Shown: positions 24,308-36,830 of the stretch, piece after piece | Layout of the letters: every line of letters starts with the position of its first letter | Numbering within the stretch: position 1 is the first letter of the stretch | Source of the DNA: Dicyema japonicum | Lineage: Eukaryota > Animalia > Dicyemida | Length of the DNA stretch: 64,000 nt | Assembly (NCBI GenBank): GCA_011109175.1 | Contig: RDEW01000005.1 | Location: forward strand, 904,903 to 968,902 | Direction of reading: 5' to 3' | Notes under the pieces: model-generated | Seen by the model: only the letters and a program-made list of their open reading frames with translations | Told to the model about the DNA's origin: nothing | Databases searched by the model: none | Position numbers and translations under genes: made by a program

Positions 24308-25732
24308 TAAAGTTGCTTAGCAACAAATAACTTATTCGAAATTTACTCCAAATCAATATCAATCGAATCAGTCTTTCGCAGAGAAGTGATGGTTCTATTA
24401 CTTAAACCTCCCACTTAGGCAAAAAAACAATTTATTTAAGAAAAACAGTTAGTAAATCGAAAAATGAGGTTTAGGCATAGAGTGTTCTTAACTTTTTTCT
24501 TTTTTGCTTTTATGTGAGTCTCGGAGACGATCCGGTTTCGCAGTGATTTATCCCCTTTTTGGCCTACCCCCACTTTTTTGCTATCAATGGTCTGATGTCT
24601 TCAAGGGGACAAAAAGTGGCTGTCTAATTTCTTCGTTTCACAATCTCCCGAGAAAAATAACAAAAAGTCGAAATCAAATTTAAAAATAATTTGGGTTCTA
24701 GAATTCCCGAGGTATTGCGACGGATTTAAATTTTGGATTAACGAGTGACTCGTCATAAGTAAATTATTCAGTTGCAACGGATTGTTTTTATGGATTCAAA
24801 CACGACCAGATAAGAGGAAACTAAGAACAATCTCTATTTCTTGGTCTTGGTGTATTTTGCCTATACGGAGGTTTAAGTAATCGAAACATTACACGTCTTC
24901 AAAGAAAGCAGATAATTAAAGGATAATTAAAGGACCTGAAAGCCAGGATATTTGTAACCAATTTTTGTTGAGACGTATGCAATTATTGGTCCCCAGCAGT
25001 ATAAAGCTCCTCAAAACTATCGGCCAAAGTCCAGGAACACGGAAGAGTGAACCCAAATGACTCAATGGCTCTTCCAAATCATTGCCCTCATGCTATAATT
25101 ATTATATAACCCTAAAAGGGAACACCAAAAAAAAGGAGTTAAACCATCTAATTAAGTGATCCCGGTAGACCTCAACATGGTTGAGAGCTTTTTGACATGA
25201 TCCTTCATAGTACCCACAGCTTTTCTGAATCCATGACGATCCTCTTTCGTGAGAATTTGGAGAGGCGTGGGCTTTTTTCCCAATTTACGTGTACCCGAGG
25301 CTTTTTGGTAGATGCGATCGGACTCCGATCCGCATAGAGTGATGAAGCCCGGAACCTACTAACAATTTGTTTATCAAATAAATTTTTAGTTATTTTTTTT
25401 TTTTTAATAAAAATTTTTTTTAACAATTAAACAAATGTCAGTTGAGGAAGCCTGCTGCGTGGATTGCGAACGAGTTCCCTCGGAGTATGTTATTTTTTTA
25501 AAATTATTTTGTTAAAAATAAATTATTTTAAATTCGAAAAATGAACCAAAACTCGCACAATTTATTTTTTGTAATTATGAATAGCAAGTAAAAATTTGAT
25601 TCAGAAAAATTATGTCTTGTTATGCAACGACTTAAATGTCGACACTACTCTATATAATTTTTCGATGCCAAGGAATTATTCACAAAAAATATGTTGGAAG
25701 AAATTATGGTACTTTTCTAAGCATATATTTTT

Positions 25733-26627
25733 ACCTGGCAGTAGTTATTAATCGACTCTCCTTTCGTTTTCTGTGCAGCTGCAGTATTTTTTGAGCGTCA
25801 ATCGAAAATCTGTAAATACTGGGACTGCGTGTTTGCATCTAGTATGGCTTGTATTAACTTATCATCTTCGGATGATCTATGTTCACTAACTCCAACGAGA
25901 GGCTGACTCCACCTAAAAGTTTATAATTGCTTCAAACCATGTTATTACCGATTGATTCCGCGGATTTAGCCAGTAAACTGTCGGAAAACGACCATTCAAT
26001 CTGAATTTAGCAGATTGTCTATGTTTTACATCTTCAATTTCCACAGGAACAACCAAAATTGATGGGTAGTGCTCACATACGCCAAACCTAAAATAATATT
26101 AAAAGCTAATACAATTCGTTTATCTGGGAAATACCCCAAATGTCATTGGGAATGTCCAAACGTCATAGTTCCTTTGCTAAATTGAAGACTTCCCAGCCAT
26201 TTGAAAAGAATTTATCCTCCAAATAGTAAGCCTAAAGTTTGGTAGTGTCATCTACTTGCGGAAATGAGAATTTGGTAAGGAGATCGTAAATATCCTTTCC
26301 CACAGAAATCTTTGATGCTGACATAAACTTGTAAACACCCGTATCTTTGGACTCCACTACAATTAAAGTAGGTTCATTTGGCTGGTCCCGGATAATTCAA
26401 TGCTTCCGATGAGTCCGAAGGGAATTTCAAATTTAATAACTTCCTCAATTAGTTCTGATTCAAAAAAATTCTGATATTTGTAAAAGTTAGAGTTTTCACA
26501 AAGATGCGGATAGGGTGGACATAGACCACATCCTTGAATACGTTTCGTTCTTTCTCGAAGTTTTAGAAAATATCCACCCCGTATGAATTGACCAGACTTT
26601 TCGTTGTTTTTTAAGTTCCCGAATCAT
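25733..26627 (-). pseudogene. Myotubularin left-arm copy lacking the catalytic region
   Basis: Mirror of 35498-36394. It is joined at 25733 to the mirror of 37354, so the 960-bp block 36395-37354 is absent. Confidence 0.8.
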
Positions 26628-26959
26628 TAATGCGGATTATTATTATTATAGGCACGTAAGCGATGCCAAGATCATGACAAAGCATGTGCAACACGAAAAG
26701 TTAACAATCTAATTAACGTCCCCTATCTTTTTCGATCCGTTGACATGTTCCGTAGCGTATCCTGAGATCTTCATCTAGAATAACCGGCAGTGTTGTCCTC
26801 GGCCGGCCGCGGAAACGAGAAGCTTTTAAGATTACCAACTGAATGCGGATTACCAACTGAATTTAATTATTTTCATGAAAACTTGAATATTTTTATGATA
26901 ATTTAAAATTTTTATTTTAATAGATAATCATTTATAATATTTATTTATATTTCATATAA

Positions 26960-27332
26960 CCATAGATCCTCAAAAGGACCAGTAGAAAATATCCGCCCAA
27001 TAATACTTCTGAATTCGATACGCAAGGTGCTGGCAAACATTGAACTAAGCCGGATAAAGGGTGTGGCGGATCTATTCCTACCAGCAAGTCAACGTGGGTT
27101 CCGAGAAGGGAGGTCTACGTCAGACATTGTATGGAGCCACAGATGGCGCTGCGCAACACCAAAGATTCAAGAGCGCAACGACCGTGTTAGGAATAGATCT
27201 CTCCAGAGCTTTCGACTCAATAAATAGAAAGAAATTGATAAATGTGCTTGAACAAATATTGCATGAATCGTCGGTTAGGATAATCAGACTACTACTTGCG
27301 AACACAAGACTATCTGTGAGGACAGAAGGAGC
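26960..27332 (+). mobile_element. RTE RT fragment (family C) cut at the inner palindrome edge
   Basis: KGPVENIRPIILLNSIRKVLANI, GFREGRSTSD and GIDLSRAFDSINR. Similarity to the partner stops at 27332. Confidence 0.85.
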
Positions 27333-29068
27333 AACGGCGGACATATTTCTCCACATCTCATCGGAAGCGGAAACCTGTAATGAAGTATTTGGAATATGGA
27401 TTTGGTTGTTACAAGCAGACGTTTGGAATTGTTGAAACAGAAACCGAAGATCTAGTCATAAGATCTAAAATACTGCACTTCGCGGCGATCCAGTCTTAAT
27501 ATAGTATTCATTCATCGCTATATTAGTGGGAGTATCCATTTCTTATCTGAACATATGTTCGAATAGCCTCATCTCAAATCAGTAATCTTACGACTCAAAG
27601 GACCAGCTGAACAAACATTATATAATCACTCAAAGTAAAGATTCAAGTTTATTGGTCATCTTTCATAATCAGATCATTTTTCCATTTTCTGATATCCACT
27701 AGTTCAGTTTTTGAAACATCCATCATTAGGTACCATTTCATAAGTTTATTGGGATTCTTGAATGTGTTAAAAAATGCCTTTCATTTTTTCGCTTCTGCCA
27801 ATAAATTGCCAATTGAAGGTCAGATACGCTCGAAAAAATGCCATCAATTACTGGGATCACATTAGTTAATGATTACATTATTTTTCAATAAAAACTTTTT
27901 TTCAACGAGCTACATGATTTATTAATTTTAAAAAATTTAAAAAAAAGTTAAATTAACTCATGGGAGACGTGAAAAAAGGTTGAGAAACACTGATTTAAAT
28001 TATGCTCAACATATGCAGTAATGCCAGAAATCTCAACTGAGAACGGCTATAAAAAGAACCGATTCACTATGTCGTGGTACTTCCTCCTTTTTCAAATATT
28101 CTCTTGTACTCACTGCGGAATCCGCATGCGACAATGACTTTAGCAAATTCCCATTAGAGAAAGTGTCCATGCACGTTGAATCTTAAGCAAGACACCTCCT
28201 TTAGTTCCATGGCATGGATGTTAAGCGATCCGGGCTCTTGTCATTACCTCTGTCAAGACCGACGGGTTTCAGAAAGCAAGTCAACCTGGAGTCTTCGATA
28301 TCTCTTATGACTGTCGAGAGGAACATATAATTTTGTTGGCCTAGGCACGGCAGCTAGCGAGGGATGAAATGTAGAATGGAATGGCGGAGACTTCAAATTA
28401 ATTCCCCGAAATGATAATTTCTCAAATCTCCTTTCTGATAAGGTCCTACAGAGATTTGAGAGAATCAGAAGTTATTTTGTATAGAAAATAACTAAAATCT
28501 TTTAGTAAAGAGGCCGGGATTACGTAAGCGTTCTTTCTGATCACCACTATTAAGAGCATTTTTATCTTTAATAAAGAAAATCGAAATCTTTTATTTCCCA
28601 TGTACATTTGTACTAAGGCTTTTCATATATGATATACCAGAAGTTTCAGGAACACCATTGTTTAAGTGATAAGTTTTTATTTTGAGGCCTTTTTATGTAA
28701 AAAATGATTATTTCCTTAATCACACGATGATTACGTGAATTTCGCATTATTTCCTTAACCAATTCTATAAAATTACAAGTTTGGAATCAATCAACTGTAA
28801 AATTACTATCATTTTAGGTTGCAGAATGGAGGTGGATGATTTATTGAGGTATGAATAAGAAATATATGAGATAAGCTTTCAAACCCCATACAAGTCCACT
28901 TTTTATTGAAAGTAATTCCAACCAAAAAAATTAGTTCTTATTGTATTCATGGTAGCCGGCTGTAAGCGAAGAGAACTTCGCTTCTAATATATCCTCATGT
29001 TATATCTAAAAATTAAGTTTTGTAAAAAAAGGATGATAACTGTCAAAAGCTTAATAACTGTTAATACC

Positions 29069-29707
29069 TTAATCGAAAATAAATAAGAGAAGAAAACAAT
29101 TTATTACGAAGAAAACAATCAAAATAATCCAGCTGATAGAATGGAATGGATGTTTCCCCTGACAACTTTCAGAGAAATCCTTTGGAACAACCATTCGGTT
29201 TCTCACGCTCATTGATTGATAACTTTCGAAATCATTGACACATGCGATCTTAGAAAAGAGACCGTCTTGGGCCTTAAGACTCCACCCCTCTCGACAACAA
29301 TGTACTGGAAATAGAATCTTGTGGAAAATCTGTCGTATTTTTTTATTTTGAAATTCACGAAACTCCAAGCAGCCTCTTTAGTTTTCAGCGCGTTACCAGG
29401 AATATTTAATCAAAAAGGTTAATGTCATTGTCAAAATATTAAACAACCCTTCAAATTACACAAAAATATTTATAAAGGGAATTGATCTTAATAAATGAAT
29501 ATTCGTAAAAATTCCAAAGATGAATATTTCCCATGAAAACATAAAACTCGTTGTAAACAAGTTCAAAAAAAGGTTGAGATATTCCAAAATAAGAAAGACG
29601 TCTGCATCAATTATCAAAAAATAATTATGATTTACCGAGTTAAGTATTTTTATAAATTTATTAATTATTTTGTCATTTATTAACCTTTTTTTCAAAGTTA
29701 TTAACAT
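29069..29707 (-). other. Possible exons of a membrane or glycosyltransferase-like gene in the spacer
   Basis: NYFLIIDADVFL is DxD-like in 29456-29707. ORF 29069-29368 is Cys-containing and ends in a hydrophobic segment. Weak. Confidence 0.25.
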
Positions 29708-30539
29708 TTTTGACAGTTAAAATAAAAAATAAAACTGCACTTTCGTGAGAATCAATAATAGCTACACCCATGCAGGAGACACACTTTCTTAGAGTAAGAA
29801 CAGTTATGATACTATTTTAGAAAGAAAACCAAGTAATACTGTTCACTTACTTTTTTCTTTTTTGTGCGTAGGAACTAGGTCCGCAGTGCACTATTCGTTG
29901 ATGACGGCGTTACTCGTCCAAGCATCATAGACAGTTATTTACAGGGTTTAACAAATGTTGACAAAACTTCGTATAAGTTAATTAAAAAGCTGTACGAAAC
30001 TAAGTCAACGTTTGAATTGGCTGAGCAAACAGATTTGTCGACTGATTGCGTTAGAAAAAGTATTGCAAAGATGTACATGCTGAGAACAGTTCATATGAAG
30101 AACTTTTTCACATGGGGATAGATTCTTGTCAATATGGGTTGCGTAGGTTGTGTCTATTCTATTTTGCATGATTGAATATACGTATGGGTATATCACTACT
30201 GAATATCCAATTTCCTCTTGTTGATTAACTCTTTTCATTGTTTAAGCTGGATAGTTAGGCCACAGGGATTCTTGATTTATTTAGTCGGCGTTTGGTAGGA
30301 ATCTTTGTTAATTTCCTTAGTGAAGTTAGGATTTTAGACTTTTTTGATGTCTCTTAGAATGTGATTTTTGTCAGTATTCCAAGGATAATTATTGAAAATT
30401 TTTCACGGAGGCATCACGTGACTTGAAGTCTCTACAGAAAACACTGCCAGGAATTTTACTGTAAGAAACGATTCCATTTTAGGACGTTCGTAGTTTATTA
30501 TGGTTTTCTGATGTCTAACAATAAGCGAGAGTAGTTCAA

Positions 30540-30812
30540 TCGAAAATCAAACTACTAGTTAACTCCATCACTGACGCCATTTCTAACGACTCGTTACCAC
30601 GTCCCGCAATCAGTAGAGGTCTTTCCCATCTTTGAGGCATCTCCCAATTACCTTAAGGTCTTCATCAAGGACGGTTGGTAGGGTCGCCCTAGATCGATCA
30701 TGTAAACTCGGAGCGTCCAAAACAAAGTAATCCTCAATGGCCACGGGGTCCCAAGGTCCAGATGAAGTATATGTCCAAACAGCCTCCATCTTGCCTTCAG
30801 AATCTTTAGTAT
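30540..30812 (-). mobile_element. Older RTE 3' fragment (family B-like)
   Basis: LKARWRLFGHILHLDL and LPTVLDEDLKVIGRCLKDGKDL parallel the C-terminus of ORF 58135-59565. Confidence 0.7.
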
Positions 30813-32130
30813 TATTATCAAGGCACTTTCACGAAAGCCATAATGATTATAGCCACGCATGTGCAACACTCAAAGAAAAAATATTTATAGTTAGTCTTTT
30901 CCATCTTCCTCTGTCGAATCCGAGTGATCTAATCTTCAAGGTCGTTTCCAGTCTTTAGATTTTTTTCTCACACGATTAAAGTCTTTGTTTAAGGCTGTCG
31001 GAAGTGTCGATCTTGGTCGTCCGCGGAAGCGTTTTTTGCAACTGTCAAAGTAATCTTCCATCGCTTTGTTAGCGGGTGCGTTCGGGTTATTCTTAGTACA
31101 TGCCCAAATAGCCTCCACCGGGCATATATCACATCCTTGCTGATGTACTAACACATAGACTTGTTGTAGATACCAGTGTCTGAATTTCTACGAGTCCACT
31201 CCATTACGAGTAAGCTTCTTAGTTGTTTACTTTAGGAACGAATCCAGTTTCAATAGTTGGTTGAAGGAACTTCCCCATGTCCCAGCATTATACAGTAGGA
31301 TCGGTTTCAACAAACGCGTTGTAAAGCCTGCATCTGATGTCAATTCCAAGTCCTTTAGACCTTAGGCATCCTTTCTTCAGTTTCACCTTTGTCGCATTTG
31401 CCAGTGTTTTCCTCCTTCGTACATCTTCAGCGTCTCCTAGTAGAAAGCCGAGCTTATTAGTACGTCTCCATCTTTCATGAGTAACATTTGATTTACGTAA
31501 TTTCAGTTTTGTTAACATTTACGCTTAGAACCCATTTCTCAAGCTTCGCAGATGCATATTCTAGCAGGTGTTGGAGTGAGTCACGTCCCGTGATACAAAA
31601 TCCACATCATCCGCATAAGATGTCTCTTCTATGTCTCATATATAGCATTTACGGAGATCGCGGAGTGCAGATTCAAGGTATATGGTCAATAGTAAAGGGG
31701 AGAGGGAATCACCCTGGGGTGTCCCAATCGTTGTTTTGAAACTGCGAGAAAGCTCCTTCTGTCCTCACAGATAGTCTTGTGTTCGCAAGTAGTAGTTTGA
31801 TTATCCTAACCGACGATTCATGCAATATTTGTTCAAGCACATTTATCAGTTTCTGTCTATTTATTGAGTCGAAAGCTCTGGAGAGATCTATTCCCAACAC
31901 TGTTGTTGAGCTCTTGAATCTTTGGTGCGTTGAGCAGCGCCATCTGTGGCTACATACAATGTCTGCCGTAGACCTCCCTTCATGGAACCCAATTTGACTT
32001 GCTGGTAGGTATAGATTTGCCACACCCTTTATCGGCTTAGTGCAATGTTTGCCAGCACATTGCGTATCGAATTCAGAAGTATTATCGGGCGGAGATTTTC
32101 TACTGGTCCTTTTGAGGATCTTTGGTTATA
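30813..32130 (-). mobile_element. 5'-truncated RTE (family C), RT to 3' tail
   Basis: GIDLSRAFD, GTPQGDSLSPLLLTIY, YADDVD, LGFLLGD and PANKAMEDYF..RFRGRPRSTLP. The 3' UTR reads TGCACATGC...GTGCCTTGATAATAATA. Confidence 0.85.
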
Positions 32131-32237
32131 TGAAATAGAAATAAATATTATAAATGATTATCTATTAAAATCAAAATTTTAAATTATCATAAAAATATTC
32201 AAGTTTTGATGAAAATAATTAAATTCAGTTGGTAATC

Positions 32238-35200
32238 TGCTTTTTGGTGAGGTGTTGACGTGCCTCGTTTCTTGATTGGATCGCAATTGAGAAAAATGTC
32301 TAAAAGGCAATGGATACAAAGAGATGCATCTCGTCTAAAAGTCCTTACGTTCAATGCTAGAGGTTATCTACGACATAGTCGAGGAAGATTCTCTGTGATG
32401 ACCTAGAGAGATACGACGTATCTATTGGGAGCCTACAAGAGACGAAAGTTACTTGTTGCCTTGATGAGAACTATGGCGAATATCGAATTATATGTCAGCC
32501 GAGCGACTCAAAACATTATTGATTGGATTTGCCATCACTCAAAGTTGACAAGTGCAGTCCACCGTATATGGAGTGTGAATGACTGGATCTGTGTTATACA
32601 AATCCGGCTAAACGACTTACCTCCTTCGAAGAGCTTTCTGACAATTGTAAATGTTTATGCGCCACACTGCGGGAGAGTAGCGAAAGATCCGACAGAACTA
32701 GACGACGCCTATTCAACACTGGTACGGACGTACAACGAATATGAGTCGTCATCTCTAATACTCATTGCTGGGATTTGAATGCAAAAGTCGGGATGAAGAA
32801 TAACCCGGATGATGTTTTCTTGGGAGAACATGGACGTGGAATAAGAAATTTACTCGGGACAATACTTGGTCACTTTTGCATGGCAAACAACCTTTTCCTA
32901 TGCAATACTGCATTTACGCATCCTGCCTGCCACAAAACTACGTGGATGGGGAAGCAAAGGATCTCAGAAGGAAAGCTGGTCCCAATATACAACCAAATCG
33001 ATTATGTCATATACCGAGCTAAAGACAAACAGTTTCTAGTAAACGCACGTTCATATGAAGGCTCGACCACTGTCAGAGACCACAAGATGGTCATTGCCTC
33101 CTTCACCCTGAAAAAACATGCCATTAAATACAGAATGCAAAAAATCACGAATTTGAGAAAATTAGAGTCGACTACGAGAATGAAAGGTGATTTCTCAACC
33201 GGAGACTACTGAGAGATATCAACAATACATTCAGGCTAATTTGCAGGACGTATTTGGGATATCACGATAGAAGACGCCTGGAAACGCACAAAGGACACCA
33301 TCAACGAAGCTGCTGAGGCATGTCTTAGCAAAAGGGAGAATAGTAAAATGCTCCTGAAGGCTATTCATCCAGATGTTCCTGAGCTTGCGAAAAGTCTAAA
33401 AGAAATAAATATGAGAAAATCAAATGCCACTGACACTAATGCGATAAATGCCCTTCAAGGCAAAAGACAACGTGTCAGAAGAAAAATAAAGGGTCTGAAA
33501 AAAAGCTTTTCTTAGAAGAAATAGCTTCCTGTATAGAAGTAAACAAAGTGAAAGACAACGCACAGGTGTACGTCGCTGCCCGTTAGCTGCGGCGAACAAA
33601 CCGAAGTCAACTAACCATAAAAGACGAGAACGATAAGCTGATACTGAACACCAAAGAACAAACTGAATCCATCGCGGCTCATTTTGAGAAGCTTTTCAAC
33701 ATCAAAACCATAGAAATCCACCCATTTGATGGAAAGCCAAAACCCCCTTGAGATACCAATCACTGCCGAGGAAATCAAAACGGCCTGCCGAAAACTAAAG
33801 AATAACAGAAGCCCCGGACCAGATGGGATAAACCCAGAATACTGAATTACGGCCCTGACTTCTTTTTTGAAAAAATCGCTACACTACTAAATGAAATGTT
33901 TTCAACTAACTCAACTCTACCTCTGGGTACGGGACTACTAATCCCCATACAAAAAACCAACAAAAACAGAGGACCGCTCGAAAATTTGCGACCCATCATA
34001 CTACTAAATTCATTACGCATAGTATTGGCAAACATTGTGCTTAAACGAATAAAAGGATCTGCTTACAAATACCTACCAGATAGTCAAAGTGGTTTTCGAG
34101 AAGGGAGATCCACAGCTGATGCGGTATGGAGTCACAGATGGAGGTGTGCAACATATTAAAGATACCGTAACGCCACCAATATTTTGGGAATTGACCTATC
34201 AATTGCTTTCGATACGGTTAACAGGAACAAATTAATGGGGGTACTGAGCGGATTTCTTGATGAATCGAGTCTAAGGATGATCCGAATTCTACTTTCTAAC
34301 ACTGAGCTCCTTGTGAGAGTCGGAAAAACCTATTCAAGAAAATTTGAAACAAATACGGGCACTCCACAAGGAGACTCTCTTTCTCCTCTACTATTCACAA
34401 TTTATTTGGAAGCCGCTATGAGGGAACTTAGACCGTCATACCAAGGAAAGACGGAAGAAGTAATCTACGCGGACGATGTAGACCTAATTTCTGAAGACAA
34501 AGAGGTCCTGGAAAACCTATTAGAAAAAGCACCAGATGTACTAGGGAAATGGTTTCTTACTGTGAACAGAGAGAAAACAGAACTCACAGAGATAAGAAGG
34601 ATGAGTAACGTCCTAGAAGAGAAGTGGCGACAAGTAAAGAAACTCGGTTCACTCTTGGGAGATAGCGAAGATATTTTACGTAGGAAAACTCTAGCCAATG
34701 CTGCGTTATAAAACTTTATGGCTTAATCAAAAAGGCATCGACACGAAAATGAGAATCCTATTATACGACTCATTCATAAAACCCGTACTTTTATATAACG
34801 CTGGAACTTGGGCGACCTCATCAGCGGATATGGAAAAACTAGACTCGTTCCACAGAGGTCAGCTGAGAAAAATAACAGGAACTACTTGGCCTACGAGAAT
34901 ATCGAGGAATGCTTTATATAAGAGATGCAGCACTAGACCTATCAGCTTAGAAGTACTGGAATCCCGATGGAAGCTCTTCGGACACGTGCTGAGGATGGAA
35001 TTAACATCCCCATCTAACATATCTATGGAAACATACTATGTTAGTCAAGAAGACCATTATCGTGGAAGACCTAGAACAACACTGCCAATAGTCTTACAAA
35101 TAGACCTGGTCAAGATCAAAAAAAATCTAATAAATGACGACGACCTGACAGCATGAGAGCCTAGGCTAGGAACAGGGAGCATGGAAAATGATGACATCTT

Positions 35201-35274
35201 ACCTAGTTTCTTTTGCTGCACATGCGGGGCTATAATTAGTATGGCTCTCGTGATGTGCTTAAATAATAATAATC
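32238..35274 (+). mobile_element. Near full-length RTE (family A; APE and RT), right arm only
   Basis: LKVLTFNARG, VNVYAPH, GDLNAKVG, QIDYVI, DHKMV, SPGPDG, GTPQGDSLSPLLF, YADD and WKLFGHVLR, then a (TAA)n tail. The left arm reads through with a single TAATC. Confidence 0.92.
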
Positions 35275-35280
35275 CGCATT

Positions 35281-35485
35281 CAGTTGGTAATCTTAAAAGC
35301 TTCTCGTTTCCACTGCCAGCCAAGGACAAAACTGCCGGTTATTCTTGATGAAGATCTAAGGATACGCTACGGAACATGTCAACGGATCGAAAAAGATAGG
35401 GGACGTTAATTAGATTGTTAACTTTTCGTGTTGCACATGCTTTGTCATGATCTTGGCATCCCTTACGTGCCTATATTAATAATAA
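35281..35485 (+). mobile_element. 5'-truncated RTE (family B) with an 11-bp TSD (mirror at 26640-26841, minus strand)
   Basis: The left copy reads SRFRGRPRTTLPVILDEDL. (TAA)n tail; TSD TAATCCGCATT at 35270-35280 and 35486-35496. Confidence 0.85.
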
Positions 35486-35497
35486 TAATCCGCATTA

Positions 35498-36830
35498 ATG
35501 ATTCGGGAACTTAAAAAACAACGAAAAGTCTGGTCAATTCATACGGGGAGGATATTTTCTAAAACTGCGAGAAAGAACGAAACGTATTCAAGGATGTGGT
35601 CTATGTCCACCCTATCCGCATCTTTGTGAAAACTCTAACCTTTACAAATATCAGAATTTTTTTAAATCAGAACTAATTGAGGAAGTTATTAAATTTGAAA
35701 TTCCCTTCGGACTCATCGGAAACATTGAATTATCCGGGGACCAGACTTATGAACCTACTTTAATCGTAGTGGAGTGCAAAGATACTGGTGTTTACAAGTT
35801 TATGTCAGCATCAAAGACTTCTGTGGGAAAGGATATTTACGATCTCCTTACCAAATTCTCATTTCCGCTAGTAGATGACACTACCAACCTTTAGGCTTAC
35901 TATTTGGAGGATAAATTCTTCTCAAATGGCTGGGAAGTCTTCAATTTAGCAAAGGAACTTTGCCGTTTGGACATTCCCAAGATATTTGAGGTATTCGATA
36001 AACGAATTGTATTAGCTTTTAATATTATTTTAGGTTTGTCGTATGTGAGCACTACCCATCAATTTTGGTTGTTCCTGTGGAAATTGATGATGATAAACAT
36101 AGGCAATCTGCTAAATCAGATTGAATGGTTTTTCCGTCAGTTTACTGGCTAAATCCGCGGAATTAATCGGTAATAACACAGTTTAAAGCAATTATAAACT
36201 TTTATGTGAAGTCAGCCTCTCGTTGGAGTTGGTGAGCATAGATCATCCGAAGATAAGGGGTTAATACAAGCCATACTAGATGCAAACACGCAGTCCCACT
36301 ATTTACAGATTTTCGAATGAAACTCAAAAAATACTGCAGCTGCATAGAGAACAAAAGGAGGTGGCGTTGATTCGATCAATAACTACTGCCAGGTGACATT
36401 CCTGTCGGTTCTCAATATGCTCATTGTGCTTTAAATTTTCAAGAAGCTCAGAGTATTGATTGACCGTATATTTAGAATTCTATTTCTCTTCCATTAATTT
36501 AGAATAGTTGGTTTTCTAGGGTGGATCAGACCAGCTGGCTTGAGAATGTCTCAAACTTCTTGAATGAAGCTTTCAAAATTGTTACACTATCAAATATGGA
36601 TGGCGATCTGTATTGGTTCACAGTTCTGATGGATTGGACAAAATACCTGTGCTGGTTTCCTTAACCATGCTGATGCGGATCCTTACTATCGCACGATTAT
36701 TGGATTTGAGGTCTTAATCGAGAAAGAGTGGGTTTATTTTTCCTCAAACTTTGCCATATTACACGGTCACGAAACCCCACGAGGGTTAGAATTTATAGGA
36801 TATGCGTCATCACCCAAAATAACAAACTAA
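35498..36830 (+). pseudogene. Myotubularin, MTM1/MTMR1/2-like, with an altered catalytic loop and frameshifts
   Basis: GRAM-like KDVVYVHP and EIPFGLIGNIE...VECKD, then YLEDKFFSNGWEVFNLAKELCRLDIP, WLENVSNFL, SVLVHSSDGLDK (36607-36642) and DPYYRTIIGFEVLIEKEW. Confidence 0.85.

Larger units (their letters stand above)
14484..27332. repeat. Left arm of a giant inverted duplication
   Basis: Collinear reverse complement of 31752-52823, for example ORF pairs 17755/49394, 19120/48245, 21587/45745, 22511/44752, 23615/39059 and 27061/31709. Junctions were read directly. Confidence 0.95.

Noticed and set aside
32238-35496. RTE-A plus RTE-B tandem as a single template-jump product
   Set aside because: The left arm has RTE-B with its own TSD but no RTE-A, which is simpler as two events.
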